In this document: one piece after another, positions 20,072 to 30,325 of the stretch
How the letters are laid out: the number at the start of each line of letters is the position of its first letter
Position numbering within the stretch: position 1 is the first letter of the stretch
NCBI GenBank assembly: GCA_964402215.1
Contig: CAYOAT010000001.1
Location: 134,703-198,702 of the forward strand
Source of the DNA: an uncultured Candidatus Saccharibacteria bacterium
GTDB lineage: Bacteria; Patescibacteriota; Minisyncoccia; Phycocordibacterales; JAACPR01
Direction: 5' to 3'
DNA length: 64,000 nucleotides
Made by a program: the position numbers and the translations under genes
The notes under the pieces: model-generated
Seen by the model: only the letters and a program-made list of their open reading frames with translations
The model's database searches: none
What the model was told of the DNA's origin: nothing

Positions 20072-22210
20072 TTATGATTTTGGAGTAGCTGGAGGAGTTG
20101 GACCGGCACCCTTGCTCATTTCGGCTGTCAGGGTTTTTATCAATTGCGCCATAGCTTTTTCATCATTGCTCTTGTACATACTCTTTACTCGATCTTCAAT
20201 TGCTTTATTTTGTCCCTGCGTTAGTGGAATTATTTCATTAGCAAATTTTCTAATACCCAGATTTGGATCGCTACCCAATATTTTTTTGGCTTCCCTTTTC
20301 TCAATTGAATTCTTTAGAGATTCCAAACTTGCGGAAGTTGCGGTAAGCTCAGACTCATCTTCATTATTGTTTTCAATTTGTGCCGTAATTGCTTCGACGT
20401 CTCTCAAGGCTAAGTCGGCTTGATTTCTATAGTTGTTTGCTCCAATTATGTCACCAGCAGCTTCAAGTTTTACAGCCTCGGCAGAGAAATTCTTTGCCTC
20501 ATCCTTAACTACGTTAAGCTGGGTTTGTAAATCTTTTTGTCTTTGTCTAATACCCTCAAGTTGTGTCTTGGTTCGTGCAAGTTCACTTTCGGCTTCCTTA
20601 TATTCATTATCATCTCTAGCACTTGCAAGTGCGCGTCTCTGAATATCTGCATCTTGACCTCTTCCCGTCAAACCAAGTCTTTCATTTCTGTCAGCGATTT
20701 CTTTTGCAGCATCCTTAGTTTCCTTTTCAAATGTTGAACTCGAACCTTTGCCGGCATCAAGACCTGAAAGTTTTAATAATTCAGCAGCACCCCTAGTGTT
20801 TCTGATATCAAAAGTACTTTTTGCAGCTTTATTTCCAACATCGGATATACCTCGGCCAACAAAGTTCGCAGCAAAATTATTTCCGACACGACGTTTGAAT
20901 CTCGCCCCAAAACTATCGCCCTCTGCAGTTTTCCAATTTTGTAGAGTTGAGCTTGTTTTAGCTAATCTGTTTCCAACTCCACCAATAAGTTTTCTACCAG
21001 CAAATGCGCCCATACCCATTGCCATTCCCATACCTGCTTCTGCACCATGTGCACCTGATTGCTTTCCAACTATAACTGCTCCTATTAAAAATGAAGTAAC
21101 AATTATAAAGTTCAAGATTATACTAAAGGCACCACCATTACCCCCATGTTCGTTAGCTTCAGCAATGTTCCCCCACGCCGATACTCCGTTTGCGACATTT
21201 GTTGCTGAATCAATAAAACCTGGACCCGCAAGCTGATATGAAATATATAAAAAGAGAAACATGGCTGGAAGTGAAATTAAATGGCTTAATAGGCTTGTTG
21301 ACCATTTTTCAGTGTACTTACTTAATACGGGCAATATCCACCCACCGAACATTATAGGTGAAGCAATTAATAGAAAAATTAAACTTATAAATCTCGTAAA
21401 TACAACTATTGCAACTGCAAAAAAAACAATTGCAGCTATTACCAAAAATATAGCGACGAGGATATAAATACCAGCCTTTTTATAGTTGTCGGTTTCTCTT
21501 GCTAGGGCTGGATCACTATCCATATCATAGAACAGTGTAAAACCAAGTCTTTGCATAAAACAATTTGATAAACCACCGTCAGTAAAATAACGCTCATCTT
21601 GAGGTGTTAGGGCTTCAGGATTATCACCGACAGTGACTGTTGGTGCGTTGCAGCCATTCATATTGTCATAGAAACTAAGCGCTAGGACATTTGAAACGTC
21701 GATAGCCACCGATGTAAAAAAGAAGCTAAAATTGATTAGTAGGGCACTCATTATAATTTGGCCCAATCTTTTTTTGCTATTCTCTGACCAACCACCAATT
21801 ATAGTCGTAATTGATAGGTACAAAAGGCCGAAAATAAAGAATAAATTTAATACATCACGGAAAATACTCCAAGCATTTGCAATGGCGTTGGTATCTTTAA
21901 TAATTCTGGCCATTTGTGTTACTCCAATATAAATAACAAAGTTTAGAAAAGTTCCTGAAAGCCATATGATCCATGCACATAGTCTAAAAAATAGTTTAGC
22001 AATCCCTAATATCAAATATCCAAATGCAGTTCTGAGTGCCTCGCCAATGCCCAAAATGGAGCTATCCTCGGTTTCTGCTGCTTTGTTTTCTGCCGGCGCG
22101 GCTTGCGCAATATGAGTTGAAATTATAAAAATAAACGCAATGGCAATTATCAACAAAATAAAAGCCAGTAACGTATTTTTTTTATATGAATTTAATTTCA
22201 ATTTAAACAT
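20072..22210 (-). CDS. VirB6/TrbL-like polytopic membrane protein with coiled-coil tail
   Basis: AWSIFRDVLNLFFIF, ALLINFSFFFT..AIDVSN, RFISLIFLLIASPI, Gly/Ala-rich linker and long heptad C-terminus. Confidence 0.75.
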   Translation of the reverse strand: MFKLKLNSYKKNTLLAFILLIIAIAFIFIISTHIAQAAPAENKAAETEDSSILGIGEALRTAFGYLILGIAKLFFRLCAWIIWLSGTFLNFVIYIGVTQMARIIKDTNAIANAWSIFRDVLNLFFIFGLLYLSITTIIGGWSENSKKRLGQIIMSALLINFSFFFTSVAIDVSNVLALSFYDNMNGCNAPTVTVGDNPEALTPQDERYFTDGGLSNCFMQRLGFTLFYDMDSDPALARETDNYKKAGIYILVAIFLVIAAIVFFAVAIVVFTRFISLIFLLIASPIMFGGWILPVLSKYTEKWSTSLLSHLISLPAMFLFLYISYQLAGPGFIDSATNVANGVSAWGNIAEANEHGGNGGAFSIILNFIIVTSFLIGAVIVGKQSGAHGAEAGMGMAMGMGAFAGRKLIGGVGNRLAKTSSTLQNWKTAEGDSFGARFKRRVGNNFAANFVGRGISDVGNKAAKSTFDIRNTRGAAELLKLSGLDAGKGSSSTFEKETKDAAKEIADRNERLGLTGRGQDADIQRRALASARDDNEYKEAESELARTKTQLEGIRQRQKDLQTQLNVVKDEAKNFSAEAVKLEAAGDIIGANNYRNQADLALRDVEAITAQIENNNEDESELTATSASLESLKNSIEKREAKKILGSDPNLGIRKFANEIIPLTQGQNKAIEDRVKSMYKSNDEKAMAQLIKTLTAEMSKGAGPTPPATPKS

Positions 22211-22212
22211 GT

Positions 22213-23290
22213 TTATATCGCTATGTCACCCAGACCCGCGGCACCGAAAGATTCTTTAACAACCTCATCTATAATGGCAAATATTAATTCATTAAACTCG
22301 TCTGCAAGCGCCAGTCTGTCATAAGGAATTCCTGTAATATTTGATATCTTTTGTTGAATCATTTGGCCCGGGGTTATTACATTTCCGTCTTTGTCTCTTA
22401 TGTTCATAAAACCACTACCCCAGGTTAAATTCATCGCCCAGGTGTTTTTTTCGGCCTCAATACGGGCTTGAGCTCTCTGAGACAATTTATCAGCGTCGTC
22501 ATAAGGGTCATTTGCCTGTGTTAATGTAAACCAACTACGCCATCCACCTTTAGCAAAATCGCCACTGGTAAATTGTTGTACTACACCTCCGCCAACAGCA
22601 CCATCTTCACCCAAAATCGTTGATAGTCTGCAGTCTTTTGGTTTCTCCTTTGATTGCCAATTAATTAGTAGTGAAGCAGTTATTCTAATTTTAAAATTTG
22701 AACACAAATCAACATCATCGATTAATTCATCCAGTGCTGTTCCAAAGTCCCTATCAGAGATATTTCTGAAAAATGCCCCAGGATTTTCCAAAAACATTGG
22801 CTTACCATTTGCCCCGTTTTTTACCCATTGGGTCATGCTTACTAGTATGTCTCTTAACATGGATTCAACCAGACATGTTGCGATAGAATCCCACGGAGGT
22901 AGGCTGGTTAATCCATTGCCAGTTTCCTTTGCTCGAATCGATGCATCCTTTACTGGAACTTCAAGAGAAAGAATCCCGCCTGTAAATGATGAAATCCATT
23001 CACTTAGCTTGTCACTAAGCCATCTCATTGCTTCCATCAAAAAAAGGTCAGCGTATGCCTTTACAATACATTTAGCAACTGTCGCCCCTATTGCCAATCC
23101 TGCATCGAGTAGAAGATTATCATTTCTATTATCATTACGGTCTGTCGCATAGTAATCGCGCACATCAGAGGTCGAGTCTAAAGCATGTGCCAAATGAGGG
23201 TTGTATAAAAAAAAGTTGCCAAATATTAACAAAAAAAATTATTAAAAAATAAATTGATTTAAATATTTTTTTGCACAGTATTTCGTACAT
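22213..23290 (-). CDS. Exported hypothetical protein of the secretion cluster; 5' end appears frameshifted
   Basis: 339-aa open frame 22213-23232; ATG at 23290 is one base out of frame across T8 tracts. Confidence 0.6.
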
Positions 23291-23294
23291 GTAA

Positions 23295-24239
23295 TTAGTA
23301 TCCATCTGACATAATAAATGTTTCTCCATTAAATATTATACCATTGTTTTTTAGGTATTGGAGAATATTGGACCAGTCATCCTGTATAATTTCAGCACTT
23401 TTGTAGTACAAAGATAAACCAAGAAGTTGTAAAAGAGGATCGCTTTCAGCATCTAACCATATAAGTGATATCGCAGTATTATAATAATTGTTAGCTAACC
23501 GAGTTTGTATTTCGGCCATTTTGGCTGGAGTTTTCGTTTCGATGAGGGCTATAGATATTTTTTCAATAGCCTCAAACTGTGCGTTTATGTCGCTAACACC
23601 AGACTGTTCGTAAGACGATCTTGCATCACTTTCTATTTTGATTATTCTATTTGCATATTGAAGTATGCCGTTTCTATCAAGCAAATCATCAAAAGTAAAC
23701 AATGTTGATTGTTCGTAACGATTTTTTATTTTTTTGCTGTTTATGGCCTCAGATGAAACTTTTAATATAAAATCTTTTTTTTGCTGCACAGATAAATCAG
23801 AGCCGGTTTCATTTTTTAAAGAAAAATACTCTTGCATAAAAGCATCAGAAAATTCTTTTGTCAGTCCTGTTGATTGAAGCGGACTATTTTCGATTTTATT
23901 AAGTATTCTTTGTTCTATACTAATATTTTCATCGTCTGGTCCGGCCTTGGCTGGGTTTCGATTTAATTTTACTTCCTCCCCATCATTTGTTTTATCGCCA
24001 TCAGTATCGGCAAGGTTGGGGTCGCTTCCCCATAATGATTCTTCCCAATCTAATAAACCATCAGCATCAGTGTCTTCTTGTAATTTTGTGTCTAAATCAA
24101 TCGAAAGAGAAGTAACGGGTTTGGCGCCAGTTTTTTCAGAAAAACCAGACTCCATGTTTCTTGATATTAAAACAATCAACACAACAATTATGGTTGTAAC
24201 CAGAAACACAACCGAGATTTTTTTACTTGGTATCCTCAT
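23295..24239 (-). CDS. Membrane-anchored protein with TSP3-like Ca-binding repeats
   Basis: N-terminal TM; DTDADGLLDWEE..GSDPNLADTDGDKTNDGEE. Confidence 0.7.
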   Translation of the reverse strand: MRIPSKKISVVFLVTTIIVVLIVLISRNMESGFSEKTGAKPVTSLSIDLDTKLQEDTDADGLLDWEESLWGSDPNLADTDGDKTNDGEEVKLNRNPAKAGPDDENISIEQRILNKIENSPLQSTGLTKEFSDAFMQEYFSLKNETGSDLSVQQKKDFILKVSSEAINSKKIKNRYEQSTLFTFDDLLDRNGILQYANRIIKIESDARSSYEQSGVSDINAQFEAIEKISIALIETKTPAKMAEIQTRLANNYYNTAISLIWLDAESDPLLQLLGLSLYYKSAEIIQDDWSNILQYLKNNGIIFNGETFIMSDGY

Positions 24240-24377
24240 TTATAAATTATTATATCAGATTAAAATTCAATAAAAACATTACAATTAATTATACTGTGCA
24301 AAACCCCGCATTGAGGGAATAAGTATTAAATTATTTTAAATATAAAACGCTTTCATTATTCATTTTTTTTGATTATA

Positions 24378-27353
24378 ATGCAGAATAAGATGTTTTTATC
24401 TGTTAGACAAAATAAATTTTGGTTTTTTTCTTTAAGATCTATTTTTACCACCATAATTTTTGTTTTAATTTTTTCTAATGTTGATATCAAGTTTGCAAAC
24501 GCTGTTGGTTGGGTTGGTATACCATCGGATTTTTATTCAGCAGGTGCGGTAATGCCTTACGGAGGACAAAGTATTTTAGGCATGTTTTGCCCATGCTCTA
24601 AGGGAAACATTTTTCTTATGCACGATTACAGAACAAGGATGATGTTTCCTGTTTTCCAGGATTTTGCTGAAACAATTTACCATACTAAGCAAAATCTCCC
24701 TGCACTACTTTCACCTGGAAATTACCAGTTAGGAAATTTGGAAGGAGAAACTGAATGTATCGTCGGTGTACCGCCATATTGTCTTGATTTTCTATCAATA
24801 CCAGCATTTAAAATAAAAAACTTTGGTAATGGTGGAATTGTGGCTGCTGGAGGCAATCCAATAAACCCACTAGCCTGGGTTGCACTTGGAACAGCCGCGG
24901 CGATATATGGTTGGTCACTTATTTATGCTGATGGAGATGATGGAACAGCTGAAGGTAGCCCCGGCTGTAATGCCAAATTAACCAAAGTTTGGTTCTGTGG
25001 TAAAGAGCATGGACCAATGGTGGCACATTTTGAAACGCCAGGAAGAACATCTTGGCCACAGAAACAAGATGGAGGTGGTCCAATTGAATATTTATATACA
25101 TGGAGCGGAGCGATTTCTGGTGAAGGGCAGACGCGAACCGTAAATTTCCCGACTCAGGGTTTGAAAAATGTTAAAGTAAAAGTTAAAGATTCATCAAAGG
25201 CCGAACTTTCTAGAGATTGTCCACCAGTTATTGTGGCAAAGCAATCGCCAACAGTTAATCCAAGCTCAAGTGATTTAAATGTTTCATGTACAGTAAGTAA
25301 AACCGTTGTAAATACCGGCGATCGGGTCACCTTTTCTCTAGAAGTCTTTGGTGGCAGCGGGGGCTCTGAATATAGATGGTATGGCGACGTTACGAGCGCG
25401 ACAACAACCTACGCAACTTCCTCGTCCTCTTGGTACAATGAAAATTATATAGATAAATCATTTACGTCAGCAGGAACAAAAATTGTCAGTGTTATGGTCT
25501 CTGATAGTAACGGTAATACCGCACTTAGATATTGCGCGCCAGTTGTAGTGAAAAACGAGGCAGAAACTTTGATGTGCGGTAGAAACTATTTAAATTTAAC
25601 TTGTACAGTTGATAAAAGATCTGTTAATCCGGGAGAGACAATTACCTACTCTGCCAATGGGGCTGGAGGAACGCCGGAACCGGCAATTATGCTTAACGGC
25701 TTAATATATTTAAATGGAAAAAAAGTTGACTGGTTAAAAGTCTGCCAGAACAGCAAAAATTTAGTTAATATGTTTACGTATTACGGAGATTGGAATAGTT
25801 CGAACCTTCCTCATGCCGGAGATATGGTAGAAGTGTCAATTCGATCAATTGATGGTCGTTATGAATTAAAGGGTGAAGCCGAGTGGCCAGAGAGCGGCTG
25901 CGGACCAGAGGGCGGTCAAACATATGATTCATGTGCTGGTTCAGGAGCACCGACAGACGGAGGTTTATCCTGTCCTGGAGCAACACCAACAATACCACCA
26001 GTAAATCCTGTTGAGTGTCCAGATTACTCTGGATCAGCTCCTGCTACTGCCGGATTGGAACCAATTACTTCTTCAACCAATTTAGTTTCATTTGCTGAAA
26101 AAAATGGAGTTGTGTCAATGGAAGCCGAACACTACAAATCACAGACCGGGTACTCTCTTTACAGTAATTCTGAAGCATCGGGTGGAAAAATTATGCAGGT
26201 TGGCGCCGGTGGAAGTCTAAATTTTGAATTCAATATAACAAACCCAGGAACTTGGTATCTATGGATCAGAACCCATGTTACAGATTCGAATAACAACGGC
26301 ATGTATATTAAATTAAATGGTTCCGATCTACGTCATTCAAGCGGAATAAATGATATATATTTAAGCAAAAATGGTTGGTCTTGGATGCCAGAGTGGTTAT
26401 TTGGTGAATCAGATCACAATGGTCCTATTAGTTTTAGATTAAACTCTGGTAAAAATACTATCTCTATTACAAAGAGAAAAATTGAACAACCAATAATAGA
26501 TAAAATTGTTTTAACCAGAACAAATAATCCACCAACTGGTTTTGGACCTGCCGAAACAACTGCGTCGTCAGCGGGGACAACTCCAATAACCGATCCAATT
26601 TCTAATCCTGGCGCAACAGATTTTGCTGCAGTCACGGGACACAGAGCTAGTTTCTTGTTTGATGATGCGGATACACGTGTCATGAACATTTTGTCGCCAA
26701 GGTTATCTAATTCAAGATTTGAACAAATTTTGTCGAGGACGAAAGGAAATGGTGATAATGCAATTTATTTGTTCTTAATCAATCAGGGAGACGGACCTTA
26801 TACGCCACACACATTTTATAAAGATGACCGAATTGGTGGTCAAATTGATAGTGCCAAACTCTCAATATATAAGCAGAGATTAGATGCAATCAAGTCTTTG
26901 GGTTATAAAGTAATATTTTGGATACGCGCTGATGATTCTAGAACAATGATGCAAGAATCAATACAAAATTATAAAAAATACCATCAAGATATTGTTGATA
27001 ATTTTAGTTCATATGCCGACGGATATGTAATTGGTTTAGAGTCAAACGAATATATGGATGCCTCGACCGAAAAAACACTGATCGCTGATATGAAATCGAG
27101 AACAAATAAGACGGTTGGTGTACATTATGGGTCAAGCGATAGTTATAATTCTAGGGCGAAAAATAGTGGAGCTGATATATACTATAGGCAATACGGGTGG
27201 GTATCTTGTAGCAAAGTTGTATCGGTAACAGCTACTACAATTTCGGCAGTTTCTCCAATGAAAGTTGTGGCTGCTGAGTATGATAAAGATTCTGATAGTG
27301 GTTGTGGAGCAGGTGCCCTTCAAGCAGGAGCAATCGGTTACGGAAATGGATAG
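24378..27353 (+). CDS. Large exported modular protein (Cys-rich N-terminus, PKD-like repeats, jelly-roll-like module, putative glycoside-hydrolase-like barrel)
   Basis: 994-aa ORF (track start 24369), signal peptide ending ANA, YTWSG/YRWYG PKD-like motifs, VSMEAEHY, C-terminal IGLESNE...VVAAEY. Confidence 0.7.
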   Translation: MQNKMFLSVRQNKFWFFSLRSIFTTIIFVLIFSNVDIKFANAVGWVGIPSDFYSAGAVMPYGGQSILGMFCPCSKGNIFLMHDYRTRMMFPVFQDFAETIYHTKQNLPALLSPGNYQLGNLEGETECIVGVPPYCLDFLSIPAFKIKNFGNGGIVAAGGNPINPLAWVALGTAAAIYGWSLIYADGDDGTAEGSPGCNAKLTKVWFCGKEHGPMVAHFETPGRTSWPQKQDGGGPIEYLYTWSGAISGEGQTRTVNFPTQGLKNVKVKVKDSSKAELSRDCPPVIVAKQSPTVNPSSSDLNVSCTVSKTVVNTGDRVTFSLEVFGGSGGSEYRWYGDVTSATTTYATSSSSWYNENYIDKSFTSAGTKIVSVMVSDSNGNTALRYCAPVVVKNEAETLMCGRNYLNLTCTVDKRSVNPGETITYSANGAGGTPEPAIMLNGLIYLNGKKVDWLKVCQNSKNLVNMFTYYGDWNSSNLPHAGDMVEVSIRSIDGRYELKGEAEWPESGCGPEGGQTYDSCAGSGAPTDGGLSCPGATPTIPPVNPVECPDYSGSAPATAGLEPITSSTNLVSFAEKNGVVSMEAEHYKSQTGYSLYSNSEASGGKIMQVGAGGSLNFEFNITNPGTWYLWIRTHVTDSNNNGMYIKLNGSDLRHSSGINDIYLSKNGWSWMPEWLFGESDHNGPISFRLNSGKNTISITKRKIEQPIIDKIVLTRTNNPPTGFGPAETTASSAGTTPITDPISNPGATDFAAVTGHRASFLFDDADTRVMNILSPRLSNSRFEQILSRTKGNGDNAIYLFLINQGDGPYTPHTFYKDDRIGGQIDSAKLSIYKQRLDAIKSLGYKVIFWIRADDSRTMMQESIQNYKKYHQDIVDNFSSYADGYVIGLESNEYMDASTEKTLIADMKSRTNKTVGVHYGSSDSYNSRAKNSGADIYYRQYGWVSCSKVVSVTATTISAVSPMKVVAAEYDKDSDSGCGAGALQAGAIGYGNG

Positions 27354-27377
27354 AAAATTATTTAAAATTAGTATTTT

Positions 27378-27401
27378 AAAACCGGCAGAAGCCGGTTTTT
27401 T
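27378..27401. terminator. Bidirectional intrinsic terminator
   Basis: AAAACCGGC-AGAA-GCCGGTTTTTT between convergent genes. Confidence 0.8.
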
Positions 27402-27424
27402 ACTTTGTACAATATGGTTTATTT

Positions 27425-28225
27425 TTAATTGATATTCTTTACCAATTCTCGCCAGTCAACAAGCGATAACTCCTCTGCCCTAACGTTTATATTAAAATTA
27501 TTGTTTGAAATTATATTTTTCTCATCAAAATTAAATTTTTCTTTCAGATTTGAGAAAAGTTTTTTTCTTTTATGTGCGAAACCGGTTTTTAAGATTTTAA
27601 AAAATATATCCTCGTCCACATTATTTTCTACAAAGAATTTTTTTGAAATAGAATCGAACAAAACAATTGCTGAATCCACGCTTGGTGCCGGAACAAATGA
27701 CCCCGCTTTAACAGTTTCAATAAATTTCGGATTACAATAAACTTTTGTGGCAATTGATAAAATACTTTCCTTTCCATCACGAGCAATTATTCTATCTGAT
27801 ACCTCTTTCTGAATTAATAAAACCATTTTTTCTGGTTGATTATTCCCTGTCAAAAATTTTCTAATAATTTCTCCAGTAATATAGTAAGGAATATTTGCAA
27901 TTAATTTATATTTATTTTCTTTTAGACTCTCTATTGAACTCGGATCAAATTTCAGAATGTTGTCTTTTATTAAAATCATTTTTTTTGATTTTATTTCGCT
28001 GGCAAATTTGTCCTCAAGAAATTTAATCATTTCTGTGTCGGTTTCTACGGCAATAACCATTGCGCCGGCTGCCAACAAATATTCGGTCAAAGCACCTTTT
28101 CCAGGCCCAATTTCAAGTATAAAATCATTACTAGAAACATTGCCCGCATCAACTATTTTTTGCAGTGCCGATTTTGATTGTAAGAAATGCTGCCCAAGTG
28201 ATTTTTTCGCGTACATTTTGTTCAT
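27425..28225 (-). CDS. rsmA: 16S rRNA m6,2A dimethyltransferase
   Basis: KKSLGQHFL, LEIGPGKGALT, ANIPYYIT, PAPSVDSA. Confidence 0.95.
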   Translation of the reverse strand: MNKMYAKKSLGQHFLQSKSALQKIVDAGNVSSNDFILEIGPGKGALTEYLLAAGAMVIAVETDTEMIKFLEDKFASEIKSKKMILIKDNILKFDPSSIESLKENKYKLIANIPYYITGEIIRKFLTGNNQPEKMVLLIQKEVSDRIIARDGKESILSIATKVYCNPKFIETVKAGSFVPAPSVDSAIVLFDSISKKFFVENNVDEDIFFKILKTGFAHKRKKLFSNLKEKFNFDEKNIISNNNFNINVRAEELSLVDWRELVKNIN

Positions 28226-28234
28226 TTGATTGTT

Positions 28235-30190
28235 TTAGAAATCTATCAAGTATTCGATTTTTCCACCAGTTTTGTAATCTTCTCCACCATCAAAGTTTTC
28301 TATTTCAATTATCTCTTCGCTTATATCATCCAAAAATTCAGAAGATAAATTTACTTGTTTTGAACCAAAGATTGTTCGAAAACTTGTCCAAGTTAAAAAT
28401 AATTTCTTTTTTGCACGTGTGATTGCGACATAAAATAGACGGCGCTCTTCTTCGGAATCCTCGACTTTGTCATTTTCACGCTCCATCGGGAATAGTCCAT
28501 TTTCAAGACCTGTTACAAATACATAATCGAACTCCAGACCTTTTGCCGCGTGGACTGTCATTAATTTCACGCCGTTTTTATTTCTTTCTAGGTCGTCTTG
28601 ATCACTGGTTAGTGAAATATCATCCAAGAAATTTTCCATCGCTTCTTTTGGTTCAAAATCTTCGTATTTTTTTGCAAGTGAAGCCAACTCTTTTATGTTT
28701 TGAATTCTTTCAAGCCCTTCGTCCCCTTCTTCTTTTAATGCTTCCTCAAGACCAGATTCCTTTAAAATTAGTGCCACAATTTCTGCCGGTTTTTTTGTTA
28801 CTGATTCATCTCTAATTTTTTGCAAGAAATTTCTAAAATTCTTTATTTTTTCTTTAACTGCTGGTGTTAAAGTATCTTCTTCGTGAGCGTGAATTTTCAA
28901 AACAGTTGTTTTACCAAGTCCTCGTGGCGGCGTATTTATTATTCTGTTTAGGCTTGTAAAATCTTGTTCATTCAATGCGGCTTTTATATATGAAATTACA
29001 TCCTTGACCTCTTTTCGGTCAAAGAATTTTGTTCCGACCACTTGGTGTGGCAAATTGTGGCGCAAACAGATTTCTTCCAAAACTCGTGACTGGAAATTTG
29101 CGCGGTAAAGAAAAACAATTTCATTTGGCGATGTCCCTTTTGCTATTAATTCCTTAGCTTTCAGAATAGAAAAAGTTGCCTCATCATATTCATCAATGGC
29201 TCTATAAACCTGTATTTTTTCTCCAGCCGCGTTGTTTGTGAACAGATTCTTCTTTCTGCGAATTGAATTTTTGGAAATAATTTCATTTGCCGCCCTTAGA
29301 ATATTTTTTGTTGAACGATAATTTTCTTCGAGAACTATTTCTTTCGCCTCTGGATAATCGTGTTCAAAACTCATAATATTTTTAATTGTGGCACCTCTCC
29401 ACGTATAAATATTTTGATCGACGTCACCGACAACACAAATGTTTTTGTGTTCCTCCGCTAACAATTTTGTCATTTGATATTGAACTTCATTTGTATCTTG
29501 ATATTCATCAACATGAATATATTTCCAACGGTTCTGATATTTTTTTCTAATCTCTAGGTCTTTTTCAAGTAACCACACTGTTCGCACCAACAGATCATCA
29601 AAATCAAGTGCCCCACCCTTGTGAAGTTGTTCGTCATATCTTTTCCAAACGGTCGCAACAATACCCTTTATGTAGTCATTATAATGAATTGTATCTTCAT
29701 ATTCCTCGGGCGTAATCATATCTCCCTTTTGTCTGGAAATAATCGCAAGGATTTTTGCTGGGTCATATTGCTTTATGTCGTAACCCTCGTCTTTCAAAAT
29801 ATCTCTAATTATTTTTTTGGAGTCAGATCTATCTAGAATTGAAAACCTTTTGGGCAATTTCAGTTTTTCAAAATTTTCTCTAAGAATTAGTACTCCCAAT
29901 GAATGAAATGTTTTTATAGTGGGTCGTTCTTCAAACTCGGTAGGTCGTTTTAGGGTGTCTTCTTCTCTAAGTAGCCGATCAACACGTTCGCGCATTTCCG
30001 TTGCGGCTTTGTTTGTAAAAGTTACAGCCAGAATATTTTTTGGATCGACACCGTTTGCAATTAAATTGGCAATTCTGTACGTAATTGTTTTTGTTTTACC
30101 TGCACCGGCCCCCGCCATGATCAGTAGCGGCCCATCGATGTGCATCGCCGCTTCTTTTTGTTGTGGATTTAGGTTATTTAGGTAGGACAT
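28235..30190 (-). CDS. pcrA: PcrA/UvrD family DNA helicase
   Basis: LNPQQ, AGAGAGKT, VDEYQDTN, VGDVDQ, LEENYRS, TVHAAKGLEF, EEERRLFYVAITRA; probable start 30190. Confidence 0.93.
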   Translation of the reverse strand: MSYLNNLNPQQKEAAMHIDGPLLIMAGAGAGKTKTITYRIANLIANGVDPKNILAVTFTNKAATEMRERVDRLLREEDTLKRPTEFEERPTIKTFHSLGVLILRENFEKLKLPKRFSILDRSDSKKIIRDILKDEGYDIKQYDPAKILAIISRQKGDMITPEEYEDTIHYNDYIKGIVATVWKRYDEQLHKGGALDFDDLLVRTVWLLEKDLEIRKKYQNRWKYIHVDEYQDTNEVQYQMTKLLAEEHKNICVVGDVDQNIYTWRGATIKNIMSFEHDYPEAKEIVLEENYRSTKNILRAANEIISKNSIRRKKNLFTNNAAGEKIQVYRAIDEYDEATFSILKAKELIAKGTSPNEIVFLYRANFQSRVLEEICLRHNLPHQVVGTKFFDRKEVKDVISYIKAALNEQDFTSLNRIINTPPRGLGKTTVLKIHAHEEDTLTPAVKEKIKNFRNFLQKIRDESVTKKPAEIVALILKESGLEEALKEEGDEGLERIQNIKELASLAKKYEDFEPKEAMENFLDDISLTSDQDDLERNKNGVKLMTVHAAKGLEFDYVFVTGLENGLFPMERENDKVEDSEEERRLFYVAITRAKKKLFLTWTSFRTIFGSKQVNLSSEFLDDISEEIIEIENFDGGEDYKTGGKIEYLIDF

Positions 30191-30325
30191 CCTGACTATC
30201 TTATCATTAGATAAGTCAAGATGCCCCTGTTGATAGCTGTTTGACAATCATTGTCACAAAACTATAATGAAATTTACCACAGAAAAGGTTGACCGAGGGC
30301 GATCCGTAGATCACAGACAGAAAAA

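Noticed and set aside
20112-21932. Several plus-strand ORFs antisense to the VirB6-like gene, and similar antisense ORFs across the window
   Set aside because: Fully overlap well-supported genes, show mirror-codon composition and have no recognisable motifs.
23269-24303. 13-bp inverted repeat TTTTGCACAGTAT / ATACTGTGCAAAA flanking the TSP3-repeat gene, suggesting an invertible segment
   Set aside because: Does not extend beyond 13 bp, no adjacent invertase, and a match of this size is plausible by chance in AT-rich DNA.
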